NCBI GenBank assembly: GCA_004764695.1
Contig: SMSO01000007.1
Span: forward strand, 1,991,270 to 2,055,269
DNA: 64,000 nucleotides
DNA from: Schizochytrium sp. TIO01
Taxonomy: Eukaryota; Protista; Bigyra: Labyrinthulomycetes
Reading direction: 5' to 3'
Shown: piece by piece, positions 14,706 through 27,289 of the stretch
How positions within the stretch are numbered: position 1 is the stretch's first letter
Layout of the letters: each line of letters begins with the position of its first letter
The notes under the pieces: generated by a model
The model's input: the letters and a program-made list of their open reading frames with translations, nothing else
Told to the model about the DNA's origin: nothing
The model's database searches: none
Program-made: the position numbers and the translations under genes

Positions 14706-14973
14706 ATGAAAACGTGCTGGATTCTTCGCGGAATTCATACAGCTTTCAGAGTGATTAGAATTGAAGAGGATCGATAACCTAGCCACTTACAACTGCTTTG
14801 GTACCTTTGTCTGTATTTGTAATGAGAGTTCCTTGATACAATGAAAACTTGCTGGATTCTTGCGGAACAGCTCGCAGAATGATTGGAATTGAAGACGATA
14901 GATAAACTGATAAACTAGCGATTTGCAACTTCTTTCATACATTCGTCTGTATTTATATAAGAGTTCCGTGATA
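14706..14973. repeat. Diverged tandem duplication, 135-bp period, 2 copies
   Basis: Both copies begin atgaaaac(g/t)tgctggattctt (14706, 14841), share gaattgaaga and gtctgtattt, and end gagttcc(t/g)tgata. Confidence 0.9.
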
Positions 14974-15034
14974 GAGATTCTGTAGATATTGGATTATTCT
15001 GATCTAACGTATGCTGACTCGTTTGCTGATTATC

Positions 15035-15142
15035 ATGCCATGAAAGAACACTCTAGCAATTCCCCTGAACTTGTTTATAAAGTAAGCATTATGCCATGAA
15101 AGAACTCTCTAGCAATTTCCCTGAACATTCTAATAAAGTAAG
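15035..15142. repeat. Tandem duplication, 56-bp period, 2 copies
   Basis: atgccatgaaagaac(a/t)ctctagcaatt(c/t)ccctgaac...ataaagtaag at 15035 and 15091. Confidence 0.92.
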
Positions 15143-15655
15143 TACTTAGGTATTATCTCGATTGCGTAGAATTCCCGTTTTGCAATGCTTAGTACTTGTT
15201 GGCCTATTAAATCTCAAGGACCTTTACGTGAAGACCTAGCGCCATAGAACCTAAATCCATATCTCTTTGGAAACGCCTGAAAGGTTCGAGCGGAGATTTT
15301 GCGCTCAGAATTCTTCGAGACAGGCCAAATGTCCTGTCTGGAGCTTGAGGCGAGCGAGTTCCATCTTCTTAAGGACTACGGAGCTGACTTCCCCCTGATC
15401 TTCTTCCTGTTAAAGGTCACAACAACAACAACTACTGCTAAACTAATTCAACCGACACACGCTCTGTATTGCCAAGGAAGCAACGAATCAAAGAAGGAAC
15501 GGCCTAAGGAGGTCCCCGCTGTGGCCTAGCGTCTCTGTTCGCCGCGGCTTTCTGGCAGGCTCGCCGTTTCGGCCTCGTCCGAGCAAGCTCAAGCTCACCG
15601 GCCTGTAATCCAAAAGTCGCAGACGTGTCGAGCTCACAGAAGCGAGAAAGCCTGT

Positions 15656-17158
15656 TCACGACGATTCTTCACTTCTTCTACCCGCAGGGGCAGGCGTTTG
15701 CACTCTCGATCGCGCCATTGCTGTGGACAGCTCGCTGCTGCTGCTGGTAAGGTGCGAGTAGGGGTGCTTACCCGTAGGCCTCACGCAAGCTGGCCTCTTT
15801 CGAGATTTCTCTGCCCACTGAAACGAGGTCTGAACGAAAGACCGTTTCCAGGCTCTGCGCCACGAGAAGGGAGAACTCGAAGGGCGGCGCCCTCTGTATG
15901 GGCATTCTTCTTGGAGGGACTGGAGCTGAGGAGACTTCGAATTGGGTTCTCCTGAGTCTGAGTCTGAGTCTGACTGTGACTGTGACCCTTCTTCTGAGCA
16001 GACTGATGCCTGGAGCCTACTTACAGGCACGCAGGCAGGCAGGCAGGCAAGCGATTTGGCGGTCGAAGGCGTGGCCGAGGTGGCACTTCTGTGGACAGGC
16101 TCGAGCTGAAGAAGGTGCTTGAGGGCAAGATAAGGGAGGAGCTGGGCTCGGCTTCTGCTCCGGTTTCTGGGCTCGGCTCTGGGACGAAAAGTGATGACGA
16201 GAACTTGAGATCTCGCCTCAAGTTTGCGCAAATGAGAAATCATCTCAGCTGCGCTTGAGCTTGGGCTCTCGCGTTGAGCTCGTAGACGAAGGTAGAGGAA
16301 GGCACGGGCGGCCTGGAAGCATGTGGTCTTTGCGCCCAAGTCGGCACACGCCAATTTCAAGCGGTCAATGCCGCTCCCGAGCTTTGAGCTTTTCCTGAAT
16401 GCGACTGTTGCGGGCAGGATCTTCGAGTTGAGATGCCGTGGACTTCTTGGAGATGATGGTGGCGTGCTCGAGGCATCTACGAGGACCGGAAGTCTCGGGA
16501 ACTGGCCACGGAGATCAGCTCGTGAGGGCTTACATTTGCTACAACCGCTGCGGCGGTGTCAGCTTGCAAGAATGCAACTGGCGAGCGCCTCCGGCGTGCG
16601 TCTGCACAGGGCAAGCTTGCTTTCAGAGACGTTGGAATCCAGCTTTGTTGTCAGGGAGATCGATGAAGAGGTTCTTTGGTCTTGAAGATGATTCGAAGTT
16701 CTCGAAAGCGAATTTCTTAGTCAAGGAAGGGCGAGCAGCCAGTCAATATCGTCCCGTGGGCCGCTTGCAAATCTGTCGTTGGGTTCTCCGGATCTGGTGC
16801 AGCAAAGTTTCGAGCAGCAATTTTGGCGTTGGCCTGCAGTGCTGATGCTCGAAGTCGCCATGGGAAGCATGTGACTTGGAGGTGAAAGCGAGATAACTGA
16901 TGTCTATTTCTCTTCTGGCGAATCTCGGGGAATTGTCTCCATGTCTGAAAACCATACAGGCGGTCCGACAGCTCGCTGATTATGGCGCTGCTCAGGTAGT
17001 ATTTGATTTGGTTGACCACAGCATTGCAGCAGCAAAGGAGGAGTTTGGGGGACTCCAGCCTGTGCCGTTTTTAGGGCCAGTTGAATTGCGCGGATGAGGC
17101 GACCCTGGGTCAACTCATTTGACAGGATCTTCAGTTGACTTGAGCATACCGTACCGTC
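15656..17158 (-). pseudogene. Possible decayed or orphan gene: 501-codon frame with three internal stops
   Basis: One minus frame joins ORFs 16904..17113 and 15656..16360. Stops occur only at 16904 (TAG), 16721 (TGA) and 16559 (TGA), then 300 codons are open. No recognisable domain. Confidence 0.25.
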
Positions 17159-19723
17159 TTAAGTTGCGATTTGATTTTATGGGATTGGAGCGAACGATCG
17201 ACATGGTGTTCTACATTTTTGTTCTTCTACATTTTTGTTCCTATTTATTCATTTGCAAAATCATCACTGGTACTCAGAAGAACACTGTGCCACATTTAAC
17301 TTGTTTTGGCGTTCTTTTTCCAAATATCTCTACAAATCTTTAATAATTAATAATTAAAATTATATTATTAAAATATACTCGTTAAAAAGATAATTTTAAA
17401 CTACAAAAATAGCAGAAACATGTGAAACAGGAAAAGAGCTTTCCGCAAGGCCATCGAGATTGAGGAATATAGCTCTGGCGTTGGAGAGTATCACTTGCCG
17501 GGCCCGAAGGCTCCGACCCGTACTTTGAGCAGTCTCACTCGCCCGCACGGACCGCTGACACTGGCGCAGTTTGCGGAAACGTTTGGCACTAGGATCTTTC
17601 TTCTACTCCTCCAGGCAAGCCAAACTTAAGAACGCTCCCAAAATGAAGTGCCTCGCCTGTTACGGAAGCACTTAGGAACTTCCCTCAGTAAATACCATAA
17701 TAGTATGTTTCATTTACTTTATTTTTATTTGATTTAAAATAAAATATCATAAACTTAGACCGAGTGACCTTCGAACTTCGGGTGTTCTATTTTCAGCAGT
17801 TAGTTTCTAAAACAAAAATTGCTTTGGCCCAAACTCCTTTTCAATTATATTTTTACTTTTACTCTTTTTTTTTTTTTTTTTAAATAAAAAATAATAATAT
17901 AATAAAAAAGATTCTCTTTTACCTTTTGTTCTTCTTAATTAAAGAACACACACCAAAACTCCCGAATCTTGATCTGTTCTATTTTCGAAAGAGAACGAAC
18001 TTTGGTCCCAGAATTGCAAAAAGAGCAGAAACCTCACCGGACACCCATAGGCAAACAGGTAGATACATCCTTAGGAGCCTCCACCTGAGAGAGAGAGAGA
18101 GAGAGAGAGTCACCGCATCACACGCCCTCTGCGCCTTCTAGCGCCAATCGACAGACAGACAGCCCAGCGCGCGGCCTCTTCAAGCCAGCCGCTCAGCCCA
18201 CCCGCGCTGGCGGCAGAGCCCGCATCGTCCTCCAGGGCAGTCAGGCGGGCGCCCTCCCTCGTCTCCCAGCCGGTCGAGCAGGCCTCTTTGCCTTGGGTCT
18301 GCGGGCGAAACCATCGTCAGCGGACACCGATCCGTGACGCCAGTGCTCGCAGCCGCCCTGCCTGGCTTCCCCGCCTCCGCTGCCCGGTCGCACCCCCCCG
18401 CCTCGTATCCTCCCCAGCCTCGTCATCCGCCGCCGCCTCGTCGGCGTCCGCCGCCGCTGCTGATGCTGCTGCTGTCAAGCATCGGCAATCCATGCGCTTT
18501 TGCTCTTCTGCGATTTCTGGGACCTCAAGAAAGAAAGAAAGAAAGAAAGAAAGAAGGAAAGAAAGAAAGAAGGAATGAAAGAGTGCACACCTGTTTAGGC
18601 AGGTAACTAACTACCCTCGGTCAAAACTGATATTGGGGAAAATGCACGGCAGCGGCAAAAGGCCAAGGCGAAGGCGGCAGGCAGCTTTGGAACGGTGGTG
18701 CTCGAAGCTTCGCTCCACGCCGGGGCGCTGGCTCTGATGTCGCCAGGCCCGCGTCGGTTTCGAGCGAGGCCCTCGCGATACCGGCAGGTTCTTAGAGCTT
18801 GCTTCGAAAGCAGACGAGGAAGGCCGCAGGCAATGCCGGGGCTAGTTTGCACAGATTTGGATCGGAGGTGTGCGACGGTTGAGTAGCCAAGCAATAGGCA
18901 CTGTTATGCAGGCGGTTCGGGAGAGGTACACACGCGCACATGGCCAGCTCTGGGTAGCATCTACTAACGAACGGCTATTGTAGGGGTGCCCAGTAGGCGC
19001 AGAGGGGACAGAGAGGCACCATCGCTTGATTGTGCCAGCGAAACAAAGAAGGCTCGGGCCTGCGTGCTCGTCGATGGGAGTGCAAAAGCACCTCGGCCAG
19101 CACCTCGAGACCGTCCGAAGAAGTCACGGGTGCCCAGAGAAAGCCAGGCACAACGTGCTCGACACAAGAGAGAGAAGAAAAAGAAGAAGAAGAAGAAGAA
19201 GAAGTCGAAGAAAAAGCCGAGATTTCACTGCGAAACTCAACGCCGTGGTTGCCTGAGACCGCAGCGAAGTGTGGCCGCGCGCCAGTGCGTCTACTTTGAG
19301 GTGCTCTATTCACTCCTTTCATTCCTGCTCTTTGCTCTCGGCGTCTTCAACTCGTTCGAGTCCTTCGAAAACGGCGTCGAAGTTCTTTGCGATCTCGCGT
19401 CTTCAAGCTAAACTAGATAGCTAGCTCTTCAAGGCCTTGAAGGACTTCCCCGGGGTCATCGGGGTCGGCCACGGTTGAGCGGGTCGCACATATGCTGTCC
19501 GTGCGTTTCGCCTCCTCCAAGTTTTGGACGCAAATGCGTATTCTGGGCAAATTGCCTTTGCAGGCCTGCTTCGCTGCTGCTTCGCTAAGAGGCGCATTGG
19601 TATTGGTTGATTGATGACCAGAAACTGCGCCTGCTCTCTTGGCGGACCTGAGATCGCGGACTCGAGGGTGTTTCTTTCTCCTGAGACGTGGTTCGAGCCG
19701 CACTGTTTTGGTTTGACAGCATT

Positions 19724-19771
19724 TTATTATTATTATTATTATTATTATTTGTTGTTGTTGTTGTTGTTGTT
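19724..19771. repeat. Compound (TTA)n(TTG)n trinucleotide repeat
   Basis: Read directly. Confidence 0.92.
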
Positions 19772-20154
19772 TTCGTGGTGAAACTCCATCTTTGATTATT
19801 TTATCTTTGGAGAACTTGGTTTTTATGATAATTAGCATGTTCGAGCTGACGAGGAATATACGTTGGTCGGCATCGCACAATCTGATTTGCGATTCTGATG
19901 GATCGATCGAATTCGGAGGACCCTGAGCAAGCTGGCTAAGCTGTGAATCTCACAGACCGATAGACAGACCCTCGCTTGCTCGCAGCTTCAGTTAGAGTCC
20001 TCTCCCGAGGGCCGCCTGCTTCTTCAATCAGGTCTTGCTCGCCGGCCTTTGTTGCGGTTGGTCCAACTGCTCCTGTTGTGCGTACGTACCTATCCGCCTA
20101 TCTGGCGGTCCGCAAACTCCACAAAGCGGGTGTGTGCATGTACCATGTATGTGT

Positions 20155-20189
20155 GTATGTATGTATGTATGTATGTATGTATGTATGTA
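20155..20189. repeat. (GTAT)n microsatellite
   Basis: Read directly. Confidence 0.93.
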
Positions 20190-22353
20190 CGCCTGCTGCT
20201 CATGAAACACCTCAGCATCTGAAACTTGTGCGTTTTGGGGTTTCCAGCTTAGCGAACTCTGCAGTGAGTTTCGCGATGGATCTCGGCCTTCGTCCAATCA
20301 TTCGATCGATCGTTCATTCATCCATTCGAGCAAAGGTACTTGCAGATACGCGCATTCGTTGGTTCATTCATTGATCGATTCATCAATTCATTTATCAACG
20401 TATGCGTATGTAAAGTCATGCACGGCGAATGAACCAAGTACTACAGCGGCAGCAGTGCCACGCTCCCTGTCTCTCTGTTTGTTTAGCAAGCACGGGAAGG
20501 GGCGCCATCGCCGTGCTGGCGAGCGGCTCCTTGCGCGGCTCGCTCGAGCCTGCTTCTTCAGGCCCTGCGGCTCCTTCGGTCCTTGCTGTCTCTCCCGCGC
20601 TCTCGCCGCCGCGTCCCACAGACGCCACAGCACAGCAGAGCGCCCAATCGTCCTGCTGCCGCTGCTGCCGCTGCCGCCGCTGCTGGGCGGCACCAAGGCG
20701 GGCACGTGTCCAGGCACCTTCGTCGCTCGCCCTGTTCACTTGTTCGCTCAAGCGCTGACACGCGGGAGGGCGCTCTCTTCTGCTCGAGGTGGGCTAGCAG
20801 GCAGGCACCTCAGGTCGCAGGTTGCTTTGCGCGGGCGGCGAACTCTGCCTTGGAGATGACCTTTGGAACTTGCAGCGTCTGCGAGAGGCGCTCACGGCGG
20901 CGGAGGCGGTGTCGGCGTAGGCGCTCTCGAGGCGGTTCCTCGCTGGCTGCCTGGCTGCCTGAGCGGCTAGCCAGCTGGCCGTCTGTCTCCGTCTGTCTGT
21001 CTGTCAGTCTGTCTGGGCATGGCTGTCTAGTACCGCCGCGAGCTTGCGAAGAGGCAGACGAACGCGTGGATGACGACGACGACAAAGAAGAAGAAGAAGA
21101 AGAAGCGCTTGCTGGAGCCCAAGGCCGCCACCGGCGCTGGTTGCACGAGATCTCAGCGACGGTGTGCGCTCTTCGAGAGATGGACGGTTGGATGGATGAT
21201 TGATTGGGACTCGCTCTGATGTAGGCTTCGAAGAGAACTAACTAAGCAGCAGGCTAGGGCTCTGGGGCCTGCTGCTGCAGCCAGCGTGACTGGGGGCGGG
21301 CGAGAGACAGAGCAGGCGTTGGTGTTGTCGATGGACGATTCGCTGTCGCCTATCTCGAATGCATCAATCCGCAACAAACTTGAGGAGGGAGTCCTCGCAG
21401 CGATCCTTGGAAATGAACGGCACATCCGTCGTTCTTCTTCGCTCTTACTGTTCGTTCTCTTCCCGCGCTCTCTTTCTTTTTCCTTTCTTTTTTTCCCCTC
21501 AGTCTTCTTTTCCCCCTTTCCTCATACATACTATTGTGGGAGATTAGAAATATATTTATTCACTGATTCAGACAAACAATAAACACTCATGCAGATAACA
21601 GTTTCTTTTAATTTCATGTTAGCACCATTTTATTTTATTTACTGGTTCCGAAGAAGAGCTCGAAAAGAAGTCCACTCTCAAATGAAGAGAACAGAGACAA
21701 CAAATAAGCATACAGCAACAGCTATCCCCTGTTCTTTTTAGCAGAGAAGTGGCACTTCTTCATTGCTGTTCTATTTTTTTCTTTTCTTTTCTTTTTTTAA
21801 ATAATTAAATTGAATAAATGATGATGATGATTATTATTATTACAAAGAATAAATGTTATTTGAAAAACAAAAATCATTTATTTCAAAACTTTAGCAAAAC
21901 AATCACAATCGTAAATTACATACAATCCATTGGGACGATTGTAGCCTCATGGTCTCTACGAACGGCCTCCTCGCCGCCTCAAGATGTGCTGCTGCGTGAA
22001 GTAACGTGCGTGCGTCCTCACAGCAGCGGAGGCCGCGGCCTCCCCCGCCGACTCGAGGAGGCGTTCGCACAGCCCAGCAAGCGCTTTGGCACAGCTTGGC
22101 GGCGTAGCTTCGCCATCGGGCTCTGCGCCTCGCCTGCAGCTTGAGGCGCTTTCCGCAAAACGCCTCGAGAAGACAAACTCGCGCCGCGAAGTCAGTGAGG
22201 CAGGAGCCAAACCCCTCGCTCTCCACGCCTCGCGGTCGGCGCTCTAGGCACTCTGGGCGCGGTCTTTGCGTCGAGCTCGAGGCAGCTTGAGTTCAAGCTC
22301 GAGCCGTCAGTGAATGATAAACTCGAGAACCTCTGCAGTCATCAGAGAGGCAA

Positions 22354-22420
22354 TGAATGGATGAATGAATGAATGAATGAATGAATGAATGAATGAATGA
22401 ATGAATGAATGAATGAATGA
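22354..22420. repeat. (GAAT)n microsatellite
   Basis: Read directly. Confidence 0.95.
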
Positions 22421-23287
22421 ACAAACAGGGAGATGAAGCGAAGCGAGGGAGCGGCTTTGTGGCTCGCCACGCTCAGCTTTGCAGGCTTCGCTTCTCTGAG
22501 AGCAGCACCTCTGGCCACCCCTCTGCCGTGCCCTCGCGACCTCGCTTCAGCTGCTTCTGCTGTCTTCGACGCCTCAACTCGAGCTTGGAGTTCTCGTGTG
22601 CTGTTCATTCATTCATTCATTCATTCACAAAAGAAACTTGTTTTTATCTTATTGAACTGAGAGAAATTGAGGATGAGGATCAGAGAAAAGATTAACTAAA
22701 TGGTGTTGAAAGAACAGAACGAATGCGGAACTTTCTTTCCCGACAGCACTCATTCACTCACTCACTCACTCACTCAGCAAATTGAAGCTCCAAGAAGAAG
22801 AATGAAGAAGCCTACTTACTCTTCATGGCTGCGTCGTGAAGGCCTGCGCTCGCGCCCATCCGCAAACTTTCAAAGCGACCCCGAGGGCCTCCAGGCCTTG
22901 TTTGTGCAGGCCTTCGTTCGTTTGCTTGCTTCCTACGCGCTCGCAAAGCAAGAACAGGACCATCGATGATGGCGCGAACTTGGAATTGACCTCAACTTCT
23001 TTAACTTTTGGAGCAGCGCACACCCTCCTTTCACTCCAGCCTCCACGTTCCACTTCTTTTCTGCGCTTTCTTCTTCTTTTTTTTTTTTAATATAGAGTTT
23101 TTTTTAAAATTAAATTTTAAAAATGGAACCATCCTTTGTCTACAGGTTGTACGAGGCGGGAGGGAAAGAGGGACCTCAATCAAAATGGACAGACAGACGC
23201 TTCTGCGCAACGCAAATTCGAAGAAAAGTGGCCGAGCCCCGCTCTTCGGTCTGACTGTAAACTTCCTTTGTCTGCTTGTTTGTTAAA

Positions 23288-23426
23288 TTGACTGACTGAC
23301 TGACTGACTGAATGACTGACTGACTGACTGAACGACTGAATGACTGACTGATTGTTTTCGAGGTTTTCACATTGATTGATTCATTGATTGATTGATTCAT
23401 TGATTGATTCATTGATTGATTGATTA
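23288..23426. repeat. Compound (GACT/GAAT) then (GATT/CATT) arrays
   Basis: Read directly. Confidence 0.92.
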
Positions 23427-24171
23427 TCAGTCACAGTCAATCAATCGACCATTCAATCATTGAGTACGCAGGAGGAGCACAGAAAGTAAAAAAGTATGTT
23501 TGCGAATGAGAAGGTATGCCCTGGACAAACAATACCTTGGGCTAACTACTTACTGTCTCTGATTGGTGTATTTGATGCGTTGTGAGAGGTGTCATTAGCC
23601 TGGCGGGGATTGGATTCGCCAACTGCCAGCGACATTTCATAAAGTGCTTGCTATTTGCTAGACCTTGGCCTGAGCTATTTGTTGTAATGCATCGATGGGA
23701 AATAAGTGTTCCTTGCATTTACAGCGCAGTACATAGTGCTGTTCTTTGCATTTTGACTACGATGATTAATATATATATTATATATATTCAATCATGTACT
23801 ACAGTAAAAAAAGCTTATAGACCATTGATTTTTAGAGATATGGTAAGAGTGAATACGCTTTTTCTTTGTAAATAAAGAAATAAAACAAACAATAATCAGA
23901 AGCTGGCAAATTAAATTAGGTGTTCTGTTGCCCAGAACCTCCCCGCATTGAAGGAGAACTAGGTAAAGATTTTTTCTTTCTTTCCTTTTTCTGTTCATGT
24001 CTTTGTTCTTATTTTCATTTTCCAATTATTTCCATTTTGAAATGACGAGAACTTTCTGCTGAGAACGTTCTGTTTCCCACAGCTTTACGAAACACGACCC
24101 TTCGCTCAAAAAGACGATCCACCCACCACCATACTGATTCATTCTCCTGAAAGGAAAAGGGTCTTTTAATT

Positions 24172-24252
24172 AAAAAGAAAAGAAAAGAAAAGAAAAGAAA
24201 AGAAAAGAAAAGAAAAGAAAAGAAAAGAAAAGAAAAGAAAAGAAAAGAAAAG
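24172..24252. repeat. (AAAAG)n pentanucleotide polypurine tract, about 16 units
   Basis: Read directly. Confidence 0.96.
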
Positions 24253-25987
24253 TAACACTAGCTACCAGGAACCCTACTGCGAAGTAGCTTAATAAGTGCG
24301 ATGGTAAGTCGAATGTGGCGAGCACCGATGAAGAACCATGAAAAAGACCGCCACCTTAAGGCACCGTCGAGTGATGAGGCCAAGACAAGCAAGGAGGAGA
24401 CCAGCAGCCGAGAAGAGAAGACATGGCTCGCTCAAGCCAAGGCCTCTGGGATGCCCGCACACGCACTCACGCACGTCGGCCGCCGCTCGGCACGCAGGCC
24501 CCCGTTCACATGACAGAACTTGCGGCCCGGCCTTCTACCTTCTGCCTTGTGCCGCAGAGCAGAGCCTTGCTTAAGAACAGGGACCAAATCCAAGTTGCAT
24601 GAGCTCTTCCTTCCAGCTCAAAGTAACATTTCTTCGCGACAGGAGAGATGAAAGCAGAGCAAGAAGCGACAAACGAACAAAAGCCGAGGAAAGAGACCTC
24701 CTTGAAGAGCACTCGAAATAAGTGCCTAGGTGCTTACAAAACCAGGGAGGTCCTCAGATACACAGAAATGGAGCAAGGATATCGATTTTGATATGGGTAC
24801 GGCTCGGTGTCCTGTGTTGAATTCTGTTTTCTGAATTCATTTTTCCAGATCCTTCCTGGGTTGATTGATCCCTCACCTAATACAGTACAGTAAATGATCG
24901 TCGCTCGGTGCGCACAGAGCCTGCTCAATTAATCGATCTTGGGTCATCTTGATGGAACAATGCAAAGAAAGAGGAATATAATCCACAATTGGCACAGGGA
25001 TCCAGCGCGGTATTCAAAGTATTTATTTTGAAAGAAGAAAAGGGTCCTCAAAGTATGCCAATTGACTCAAAAAGAAAGAAAGGGATCATGCTCATAATCA
25101 GCGAAGGAGCCTATAACCAGTGTGACATTGCGATCCTCGTGATGGAACTCGCGCTCAATGTCTAGCTATAAAAACTTGATACCGCAACATCTCCTCCATT
25201 ACGATACTTGCAATTCTCGCGTCGCTTCTAGAAAAGACAACGAAAATGAATTCAACTTCTTAATGCTGGGGTTTCCTCGACTTGTTTATCGTTTCAAGCG
25301 CGAACTTTTGTTTCCACGAAATAACAAATAAGAACAACAGGCACTATGCGTTGATGGCGTTTGCCTCTTAACCGGATGGCTGACTAACTTAGCACTTGGA
25401 AAGGTAACTTGCTCCCTTGTCCATCCTGAATTGAATTGAACTGGACAGAATTAACCTTCTTAATGGACTCACTTTGATGCCGCGAGCTTAGAATCGGTCA
25501 GAATTGGAGCCCATTTTGAACTTTTTGAATAGCGAATTCCTTGCTGCGTGCGATGTTTTGGCCTCCCTCCTTGTGTGAAGGCCGCTTGCATGGAATCTCA
25601 ACTTCGTCCTTCAACAGCCACACAAGTCAATGTCTTGCACGTGCGGCCACCGCGTCGGACTAACTTGCTTGGTCTTCGCCGCGCCCATGTCCAAAACCAT
25701 TGCTGCATGTAGACGCCTTTCGCGTTCAAATCATTTGTCTTGACGCGACTCCTGTCATGAAAGATGAGCCGACCGAGGGATCTTGCGACCCTTAGGCTGG
25801 ACCTCTTCTCTACCATGCCTTTTCCATGCTGAAGCTGTGAACAAGCTCTCTCTTCGCCGCCGACCGCCGGCTGCCTCGATGTCTCGTCGAGAGGCATTCT
25901 CGCTGCTCTAGGTGTTTGTTTCCCTCTTCTTCGCCACTTGCCTCGAAATCACTCGATCCGCACTCATGAATCATTGAAAAGTAAGTT

Positions 25988-26045
25988 CAAATTCAAATCC
26001 AAATCCAAATCCAAATTCAAATTCAAATGCAAATGCAAATTCAAA
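25988..26045. repeat. Hexamer array CAAAT(T/C/G), about 9 units
   Basis: caaattcaaatccaaatccaaatccaaattcaaattcaaatgcaaatgcaaattcaaa. Confidence 0.9.
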
Positions 26046-27216
26046 CCTCTTTTCTCGTGCTCATTTCTTTTCATAGATGATGACTCATGAGTCGGAAACT
26101 CGAAGATAAATAAGAGTCCGTGCCACTCTCACTAACTAGTCAGTCAGAGCAACTGAGTTAAAACCTTTTTTTAAAACTTGGATTTGATTTAAAGCTCAAG
26201 TCAAAAGAATCACTCAATACGGAGTACGTACCCCTCTACTAGCTAGGTTATTAGGGATCAAAAAATACTCAGGTCGCCAATAGCAGTAGCTATGCACCAC
26301 TAGGTACCCTTCCTCGTATCAGCGTGGGACAACTGGGAACTGTCGCTCGAGGGGACAGCGAGCAGTTCTGCTATAGTATAGAATAGCACTCTAGCTCTAG
26401 AGGGAGTATTAGTGTGGTAGACGATAAGGCGTTCCGTGGCTTGACTTGAGGTGCGAACTTCCTCGGAGGTACTCAGGTGCCTATTCTTTGCTACAGGACA
26501 GGGGAACGCTGTGCGAGCAGGCTTTAGCCGTGCAGAATGGAGGTATCAGCCAGCACTGCGAACGTTTTGCTGCAGGAACAATGAAGATTTTTCGACATTG
26601 TTCTGAGATTTTTCCTTTGACGTTGGCTTTTCCAACATTCTCTCCAATGTCCATGAAAATATAAAACAATACTTTTACTCATGGCATTCACAGAGATTTA
26701 TATTTCCTATATAGACTTTTCTTTCATTCCTTATGATGACAGTGCATCCGCATTTCGGTTCGAAATTTAGAAAGAAAAAAACATTTTAAAACACATATGT
26801 ATATATTAAAATTAAAAAAAATCAATAGATAGACGTTAGTAAGAAAAGAACACCGTTCCAACCCCCGCGTTCTCTTTCTAGCTAGAGTAGAGCAAGCAGA
26901 ACAGTGTTTATTTCCCAAGCTGACTCCAGCTAGACTTCGTGTGCTGTCTTCAGCTGCCGCCTCACCCGAGCAGCCTCTCTGACTGACTGACTGACTGACT
27001 GACATCGCCGCTGACTGCCTGGCTGCCAGTCCCTGGCCCAGCCAGAGAGAGAGCCTGCCTTCCTCATCCCAGTTCGCTCGCTCTGTCTCGGGCGCACACC
27101 TGCACGAGCAGGACCTCTCGCTGTCCCCTCGATCGACGAGGGTTTCCAATTGAACACCCGCGGCCTAGGCGGTCCTATTCACTTGCTAGGCGATGATAAA
27201 TAAATACCCTGCGCAG

Positions 27217-27289
27217 CAATCTCTCTTTAAAAAGTCAATCACTCTTTAAAAAGTCAATCACTCTTTAAAAAGTCAATAAGTCAATAAGT
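27217..27289. repeat. 19-bp tandem repeat x3 (CTCTTTAAAAAGTCAATCA) trailing into AAGTCAAT 8-mers
   Basis: Copies at 27223, 27242 and 27261. Confidence 0.93.

Noticed and set aside
16717-17019. VFRHGDNSP (histidine phosphatase-like) and NQIKYYLS (La motif-like) in two minus frames
   Set aside because: The conserved second Arg of RHGxRxP is missing, and neither match extends beyond a few residues.
19319-19880. 155-aa minus ORF plus the nearby fragment REIAKNFDAVFEGLERVEDAESKEQE
   Set aside because: The ORF runs through a compound trinucleotide repeat, and I could not join the fragments with plausible splice sites.
20359-21203. Overlapping 100-200 aa ORFs on both strands
   Set aside because: A very GC-rich island is open in most frames; the products are R/A/S-rich and unrecognisable.
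27217-27289. Short direct repeats as a CRISPR array
   Set aside because: No spacers, no cas genes, eukaryotic context.
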